A stretch of 24,000 bases of DNA from Clostridia bacterium (lineage in GTDB: Bacteria; Bacillota; Clostridia; Christensenellales; UBA1242). The position numbers were made by a program, and so were the translations under genes. The notes beneath the pieces were generated by a model. That model made no database searches and had not been told where the DNA came from. It was given only the letters and a program-made list of their open reading frames with translations. The DNA is taken from assembly GCA_017478185.1 (NCBI GenBank), contig JAFVEA010000009.1, positions 235,858 through 259,857 on the forward strand. Reading direction: 5' to 3'. Positions within the stretch are counted from its first letter, which is position 1. Each line of letters starts with the position of its first letter. Positions 18,807 through 24,000 of the stretch are shown here, piece after piece.

Positions 18807-19985
18807 GTTATGTTTAAAACAAAAAATAAATATTTTTATTTAATAATTTTTATGTGTTTATGTTTGATAATAAATTTATTTGGCGGTTTTATGAGTGTAA
18901 AAGCTGAAGAAAATGATTTAACGCCAAACAGCAAAGCTTCATGCTTAATGGAATTTGAAACAGGCAAGATTTTGAGTGAAAAAAACAGCTTAACAAAACT
19001 TCCAATTGCAAGCGTTACAAAACTCACAATGCTTTTAATTGTTTTTGAAAAAATAGACAATGGCGAAATTGATGTTGAAAAAGAAATAACAATTTCAAAA
19101 AATGCGTCAAGCATGGGTGGCTCACAAGTGTTTTTAGAAGAGGGTGAAAATTGCAAGATAAAGAACTTGATAAAATCCATAATTGTTGCTTCAGCAAATG
19201 ATTCAAGTGTGGCGCTAGCTGAAGAAGTTGCTGGCAGTGAAAAAGCTTTTTGTGAACTGATGAATCAAAAAGTAGATCAGTTAAAATTAGAAAACACTCA
19301 TTATGAAAACTGCACAGGGCTTCCAGCTCCTATGCAATATTCTTGCGCAAAAGATGTGGCAACAATTATGCGAGAAGTGTTAAAACATCCATTATATTTT
19401 GAGTTCAGCAAAATTTGGATGGAAGATTTTGTTCATAGTGGTGATAGAGTAACAACAATGGCAAACACCAACAAATTAATTAAAAACTATCAGTTTTGCG
19501 ATGGAGGAAAAACTGGTTCAACAAATGAGGCGGGCTATTGTTTATGTTCAACTGCAAAAAAAGATAATTTAAGGCTTATTTCAGTTGTTCTTGGCTCAAA
19601 AAGCTCAAAAGATAGGTTTGGTGAGTCAAAAAACCAGTTTGAATATGGATTTAATAATTTTAACTTAACAAAGCTTGTTGATAAAACTTTAAACCTTTCA
19701 ACACAAACAAAGCTAGAAAAAGCAAATCAAGATGAAATTTTGTTGTTTGCTGAAAAAGATTATTTTGAGGTTTTAAAAAGAGGAGAGCAATCTAATTTAA
19801 TATTAAAAATAGACCTTCCAAAAACGCTCAAAGCCCCTTTAAAAAAGGGTGATGTTGTTGGAAAAATTCAAGTCACAGAAAATGATATATTAATAGATGA
19901 AATAAATATTTTGGTTAATTGCGATATAGATGAAATAAGTTATAAAAATATATTAAAAACCATAGCGGAAAAGTGGTTAATTTAA
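18807..19985 (+). CDS. dacF: D-alanyl-D-alanine carboxypeptidase (penicillin-binding protein 5/DacF family)
   Basis: Signal peptide, SVTK (SxxK), SAN (SxN), DGGKTGST (KTG) motifs; start refined to ATG 18807 after ggag. Confidence 0.93.
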   Translation, partial: VMFKTKNKYFYLIIFMCLCLIINLFGGFMSVKAEENDLTPNSKASCLMEFETGKILSEKNSLTKLPIASVTKLTMLLIVFEKIDNGEIDVEKEITISKNASSMGGSQVFLEEGENCKIKNLIKSIIVASANDSSVALAEEVAGSEKAFCELMNQKVDQLKLENTHYENCTGLPAPMQYSCAKDVATIMREVLKHPLYFEFSKIWMEDFVHSGDRVTTMANTNKLIKNYQFCDGGKTGSTNEAGYCLCSTAKKDNLRLISVVLGSKSSKDRFGESKNQFEYGFNNFNLTKLVDKTLNLSTQTKLEKANQDEILLFAEKDYFEVLKRGEQSNLILKIDLPKTLKAPLKKGDVVGKIQVTENDILIDEINILVNCDIDEISYKNILKTIAEKWLI

Positions 19986-20093
19986 TTAAATTTAAATAGA
20001 TTATAGTTATTTGCTTAAAATGAAAAAATTGCAAAAAATTATAAAAAATACTTTTTTGAATAAAGTGAACACATAATTTATGAAAAGAAATAA

Positions 20094-20124
20094 AAAATCA
20101 CTTAAAAAACCAAGTGATTTTTAT
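20094..20124 (+). terminator. Strong terminator hairpin (possibly bidirectional)
   Basis: AAATCACTT-aaaaaacc-AAGTGATTT followed by ttatttttt. Confidence 0.85.
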
Positions 20125-20219
20125 TTTTTGAGTTATCAAGATGGTTTTAACTGCCAACCTATGCTTACCAAGGAATAAACACACTCAAAAAGTTCATTGC
20201 TGATACCCAAAATATACAT

Positions 20220-20248
20220 AAAAGCTCCATTTTTAGGGGCTTTTATTT
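20220..20248 (+). terminator. Second terminator-like hairpin
   Basis: AAAAGCTCC-atttttag-GGGCTTTT type stem with one wobble, T-rich tail. Confidence 0.55.
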
Positions 20249-20374
20249 TGCTTAAAACAAAATTGCATACGCCAAGTGCCTTAGTGTCTGGCAATTATAT
20301 TATATAATAAATTATTGAAAAATTGATGCAAAATAGAACTCAATATGATATAATAAATTTATGTGGAGAAATAC

Positions 20375-21151
20375 ATGGAATTAAAAATTGAAAAATTATC
20401 ACCAAATGAATGTGCAAATATAATAACATGCTTTTTAGATGGTGGAAGTTGGGAAAACGATGTAAGAAAAAATTTATTGCCAGACCTTTCTAACAATCCA
20501 ACAAAAACAGAAATTTCAAAACTTATTAAGAAAAAATATGAGTTAAACGAAAAAAACTATGAGGAAAACATTGAAAAGTTTTTGGAGTGGTGGGAAAGCG
20601 ATGGGAATTTTGATTATCAAGAACTTTTAAGCCTTATGGAAACCAAAGGGCCTAAAAACAGAGAATCAATCACTTGGCAAGTTGGAGATACATTTATTTG
20701 TCCAAGAGATATAGAAGAATGGTCTTTTGTTATGTCCGCAAGTTTTTGGAAATGGGATGCAATAAATGTTTCACTTCATGAAATAACGCACTTTGTTTGG
20801 TTTGAAAAAGTTAAACAAATTGAGGGGATTAAGCACTTTAGCCAAAATCAAGAAGATGAAACCTATTTACCATATTGGCTTTTAAGTGAAATTGTTATTG
20901 ATCCAATTTTAAATTCGAGCACATTTGCAAAAAAATATGAGATGACATGGAAATCCTATCCAGAGTTTTATGATATAAAAATCAAAAATAAAAATTTGAT
21001 GAAATATATAAAAACATTGTGGAATGAACGACAAAATTTTGATGATTTTTATGAAAAAAGCAGTAAGTTTGTTTATGGTAATTGGCGAGAAATAAATAAA
21101 CAGTATTTAAATAATTTCAACAATCAAAATGTAGAAGAGTTGCAAAAATAA
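20375..21151 (+). CDS. Uncharacterised protein with an HExxH zinc-peptidase-like motif
   Basis: INVSLHEITHFVWFEK followed by YWLLSEIVIDPIL (possible third ligand Glu); start refined from GTG 20363 to ATG 20375 with ggag upstream; extended -10 TGaTATAAT at 20346-20354. Confidence 0.7.
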   Translation: MELKIEKLSPNECANIITCFLDGGSWENDVRKNLLPDLSNNPTKTEISKLIKKKYELNEKNYEENIEKFLEWWESDGNFDYQELLSLMETKGPKNRESITWQVGDTFICPRDIEEWSFVMSASFWKWDAINVSLHEITHFVWFEKVKQIEGIKHFSQNQEDETYLPYWLLSEIVIDPILNSSTFAKKYEMTWKSYPEFYDIKIKNKNLMKYIKTLWNERQNFDDFYEKSSKFVYGNWREINKQYLNNFNNQNVEELQK

Positions 21152-21185
21152 CTCAACTTTAAAAAGTCCAGTGCTCATACATTCT

Positions 21186-21214
21186 AAAAGTCCGATAACC
21201 ACGGGCTTTTTTTG
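21186..21214 (+). terminator. Terminator hairpin
   Basis: AAAAGTCC-gataaccac-GGGCTTTT then TTT. Confidence 0.75.
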
Positions 21215-21224
21215 TTTTTAAAAT

Positions 21225-21253
21225 AAGACAAATAGAAATTTTTATGATATAAT
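21225..21253 (+). promoter_or_regulatory. Extended -10 promoter of the subtilase-like gene
   Basis: AAGACA - 17 nt - TATAAT with upstream TG. Confidence 0.65.
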
Positions 21254-21271
21254 AAAAACGGAGTATATATT

Positions 21272-22063
21272 ATGTTTAAGTTTTTTAAAAATAGTAATAA
21301 AAAGGCAATAGAAAGTTATTATACTGTTCATAATCTATCAAAAGCACAGAAATTGTGTACTGGAAAGGGTGTAAAAATTGGAATAATAGATTGGCTTTTT
21401 GGAAATGAAAAAGACCAATTGTATTCAGGGTTTTATGATCCGACAGAAATGGGATTTTTAGACAACAAAGAACATGGTTATGCTATGGCAAGCACTCTTA
21501 AAGAGATTGCACGCGATTGTCAAATTTATGCTATCAATGGCATAACAAAAGGATGTTTAGATGATGATATGCTAAGGGTAAAATTTTTACAAAAAGCTGT
21601 AAATTACGCTATTGAGAATAATATTCAAATTTTAACATATTCTCACAAACCGATAGTAGATGAAGACGCAATAAAAGAACTGCAAAAAATTTTAGACTTT
21701 GCAGAGAAAAATGACGTTTTAACTATCTTTTTGCATTGTAATCTAAAAAATAATATTATGCCTGTTGCCATTGGTTCAAAAATAGAGAATGAGATAGCTG
21801 AAATTTTTTATATTTATCAATATAATTATAATTCATTAAATCCTATTGCGTATAAAAAATGGTTAGACAGCAAAAAAACAGATCAAACCTGTTTTTTATC
21901 ATGGTCATCAATGACTCCAGTTTTGGCGGGGTTTGTTGCGTTACTACTTGAGCAAAAACCAGAATTAACAAAAAAAGAGATTATACAATTATTAAACAAA
22001 ACTTCTAAAAACAAAATTCCAAATATTTTGGAAGCAGTAAACCTACTGAAAACTAATTACTAA
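21272..22063 (+). CDS. Divergent subtilase (S8)-like protein, no signal peptide
   Basis: VKIGIIDWLF (Asp region), EHGYAMASTLKEIA (His region), LSWSSMTPVLAGFVALLLEQKPELTKKEIIQLL (Ser region). Confidence 0.75.
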   Translation: MFKFFKNSNKKAIESYYTVHNLSKAQKLCTGKGVKIGIIDWLFGNEKDQLYSGFYDPTEMGFLDNKEHGYAMASTLKEIARDCQIYAINGITKGCLDDDMLRVKFLQKAVNYAIENNIQILTYSHKPIVDEDAIKELQKILDFAEKNDVLTIFLHCNLKNNIMPVAIGSKIENEIAEIFYIYQYNYNSLNPIAYKKWLDSKKTDQTCFLSWSSMTPVLAGFVALLLEQKPELTKKEIIQLLNKTSKNKIPNILEAVNLLKTNY

Positions 22064-22126
22064 ATATGCAAATATTTTTTGATGATTTTTGGGTAATAAA
22101 AAAAGCCCATAAAATTGGCGTTTTAC

Positions 22127-22171
22127 TGGAGCTACTGATGGGAATCGGAACCATGACCCCCACCTTACCAA
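22127..22171 (-). pseudogene. Decayed 3' half of tRNA-Thr(GGU)
   Basis: Minus strand reads TTGGTAAGGTGGGGGTCATGGTTCCGATTCCCATCAGTAGCTCCA: anticodon loop TTGGTAA, variable region, T-arm-like ATGGTTCCGATTCCCAT, acceptor strand and CCA; no matching 5' half. Confidence 0.55.
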
Positions 22172-22290
22172 TCCGACTTAAAGATTTTATATGGTTTAAC
22201 ATACTATATATTGTGTTTTAAAATTTATATTTTTCAATATGTTGTGTGCATATTGTTAAATATAATTTTTTTTATTCATTATTTTTCATA

Positions 22291-22384
22291 TTTTGTAGAT
22301 TTTTTCACACCAAATTTTGTAGATTTTTTGTAGATTCTATCAGTAAATTGGATTTTTTTATTTTTAAATTTTGTAGATTTTTTT
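22291..22384 (+). repeat. Clustered short repeats TTTTGTAGATTTTTT
   Basis: Copies at 22291-22305, 22315-22329, 22369-22384 and a partial TTTTTTGTAGAT at 22324-22335. Confidence 0.6.
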
Positions 22385-22427
22385 GGGCTTACATTATTTT
22401 TTGGCAAACATTTTCAGAAACAATTTA

Positions 22428-22456
22428 AAGACAAAAATTTTAAATTATGATATAAT
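22428..22456 (+). promoter_or_regulatory. Extended -10 promoter of the phosphoesterase gene
   Basis: AAGACA - 17 nt - TATAAT with upstream TG. Confidence 0.65.
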
Positions 22457-22481
22457 TATAGAGAGCAAAAGTGAGGTAATT

Positions 22482-23204
22482 ATGAAATACTTTGTGTCTT
22501 CAGATATTCACGGTTTTTTTGATGAGTGGATGCTTGCTTTGAAAAATAGTCATTTTGATATAAACAATCCAGAACATAAAATTATTGTTTGTGGTGATTT
22601 GTTTGATAGGGGCAGGCAACCAAAACAAATTATAGATTTCATTGTATCTCATAGAGATAAAATAATGGTCATTCGTGGTAATCATGAAGATTTAATGCAA
22701 GCAATGATTTATAGAAATAAAAATAATTCAATGGATTTGTCTAATGGAACAGCGCAAACAATTGTTGATTTATGTCCAGACTGGTTAATAAGTAAATTTG
22801 ATTTAACAGAGATAACAAAAGAAACTGGACTTCAAGAGGTTTTGGATTTATGTGTGGACTACTATGAAACCTCAAAGTATGTTTTTATACATGGTTGGAT
22901 ACCTATTATTGAGAATTGTTATGAGTATGATGCAGATTGGAGAACAGCCAGAAAAGAAAGATGGGAAAAGGCTAGATGGCAAAATCCAGTTCTGATGTTT
23001 AGGAATAAAGTATTTGAACCAAACAAAACTATTGTTTGTGGTCATTGGCATTGTTCAGCTCTTTGGAAAGAAGCTTATCCAACTAAATATGAAGAATTTG
23101 GAGAAAAAGCAAACTTTGAACCATTTATCACCAAAGAAATGATTGCTTTAGACGCTTGCACAGCGTATTCAAAGAAAGTGAATTGTATAGTGCTGGAGGA
23201 TTGA
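22482..23204 (+). CDS. Calcineurin-like/PPP-family metallophosphoesterase
   Basis: SSDIHG, GDLFDRG, RGNHE, IHGW, CGHWHC motifs; start refined from 22383 to ATG 22482 with gtgagg upstream. Confidence 0.9.
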   Translation: MKYFVSSDIHGFFDEWMLALKNSHFDINNPEHKIIVCGDLFDRGRQPKQIIDFIVSHRDKIMVIRGNHEDLMQAMIYRNKNNSMDLSNGTAQTIVDLCPDWLISKFDLTEITKETGLQEVLDLCVDYYETSKYVFIHGWIPIIENCYEYDADWRTARKERWEKARWQNPVLMFRNKVFEPNKTIVCGHWHCSALWKEAYPTKYEEFGEKANFEPFITKEMIALDACTAYSKKVNCIVLED

Positions 23205-23243
23205 TTAACTAAGGTATGGATTAAATCTTTTTTTGCTTTGCTA

Positions 23244-23272
23244 TATACATTTGCAGAAATATATGATATAAT
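23244..23272 (+). promoter_or_regulatory. Extended -10 promoter of the P-loop NTPase gene
   Basis: TATACA - 17 nt - TATAAT with upstream TG. Confidence 0.55.
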
Positions 23273-23298
23273 TTTAGTATTGTATGTTGAGGTAGATT

Positions 23299-24000
23299 AT
23301 GAAATTAAATCAATTAGATAATGTTTTAGATAAATTTCTAGACAACAAAGAATTATCTGTAATTTTAATAAATGGAAGTTGGGGGATTGGTAAAACATAT
23401 AAAATTTTATCTTATAGAGATAATTGTAACAGAAAGGATGTAAAGTTTTTATATTGCTCTTTTTTTGGAAAAAAGAACTTAGATGAAATAAATACAGTTT
23501 TTTATAATCAATTACATCCTTGTCGTAAGGTGTTAAATGTTGTTAATCATGTTGTAAAGCTGGCAGAAGCAACTGTATCTATCAGTAGTGGCTTAAATCT
23601 CACATTTAAAAACGATTCAACAAATAAAGACAAACGATTAAAATTAAAAAGTAAGAAAAAACAGTTAGTTGTTATTTGTGATGATTTAGAAAGGGTTAGT
23701 AAGGATATTGATAAAGATGATATTATAGGTTATTTTAATGAACTAATTTTGCAAGGTATAAAAATTGTCATATTAGCGCATATAAAAAAAGAAGATCAGT
23801 TTAGTGAGTATAAAGAAAAAGTTGTTGATAGGATATATCAGATAAGTGAAACCCAAGAAAGTATAATTAAAGATATAATGGGTGATAACAATAATTTATT
23901 TAATAATAAGCTTAAAAAATTAATTAATAATAATTTAAGGATGTTGAAAAAGTCAATAGTTCTTTATAATCAAATAGTATGTTTTTTGAATGAAAATAAT
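23299..24000 (+). CDS. KAP-like P-loop NTPase (partial, runs off the window)
   Basis: Not in the ORF track. ATG after ttgagg; 234 open codons: MKLNQLDNVLDKFLDNKELSVILINGSWGIGKTYKILSY (Walker A) and QLVVICDDLERVSKDIDKDDIIGYFNELI (Walker B). Confidence 0.85.
   Translation, partial: MKLNQLDNVLDKFLDNKELSVILINGSWGIGKTYKILSYRDNCNRKDVKFLYCSFFGKKNLDEINTVFYNQLHPCRKVLNVVNHVVKLAEATVSISSGLNLTFKNDSTNKDKRLKLKSKKKQLVVICDDLERVSKDIDKDDIIGYFNELILQGIKIVILAHIKKEDQFSEYKEKVVDRIYQISETQESIIKDIMGDNNNLFNNKLKKLINNNLRMLKKSIVLYNQIVCFLNENN

Noticed and set aside
20125-20185. CTTACCAAGG and AACTGCCAACC as a second decayed tRNA-Thr copy on the minus strand
   Set aside because: Only the short anticodon-loop-like string matches; T-arm, acceptor strand and CCA cannot be aligned, so similarity is likely chance.
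22291-22384. GTAGAT-containing repeats as a possible CRISPR (Cas12a-like handle) array
   Set aside because: Spacing is irregular (24, 11, 43 nt), no constant-length spacers, no repeat stem and no cas genes; sequence is low-complexity AT.

Overview
AT-rich Firmicutes/Clostridia-type chromosomal window, read mainly on the + strand. Left part: the end of a V/A-type ATPase operon (subunits A, B, D), then small accessory genes (a truncated ABM-like monooxygenase remnant, membrane proteins, a zinc-phospholipase-like/DUF6765-type protein). Centre: a complete spoIIIAA-AH operon, an Asp23-family gene, nusB, xseA, xseB, a small membrane protein, recN, spoIVB, a spo0A-like gene, spoIIM and a dacF-like D,D-carboxypeptidase. 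Right part (about 20.0-24.0 kb): an accessory stretch of singly transcribed genes (HExxH protein, divergent subtilase-like protein, PPP-type metallophosphoesterase, and the start of a KAP-like P-loop NTPase cut by the window edge). The strongest observations are: (1) the only Spo0A-like protein here keeps a clear Spo0A effector domain, but its receiver domain is degenerate, with Gln where the phospho-acceptor Asp is expected; (2) a Clostridium-type LexA/SOS box and a perfect 10-bp inverted repeat at the recN promoter; (3) a decayed 3' half of a tRNA-Thr(GGU) gene inside the accessory stretch; (4) a recurring extended -10 promoter (AAGACA-N17-TATAAT with TG) in front of solitary accessory genes; (5) a degenerate two-copy intergenic element at about 20.19 and 21.16 kb. 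I found no CRISPR array, complete tRNA, rRNA, integrase or transposase. No complete new defence system can be shown from this window alone.
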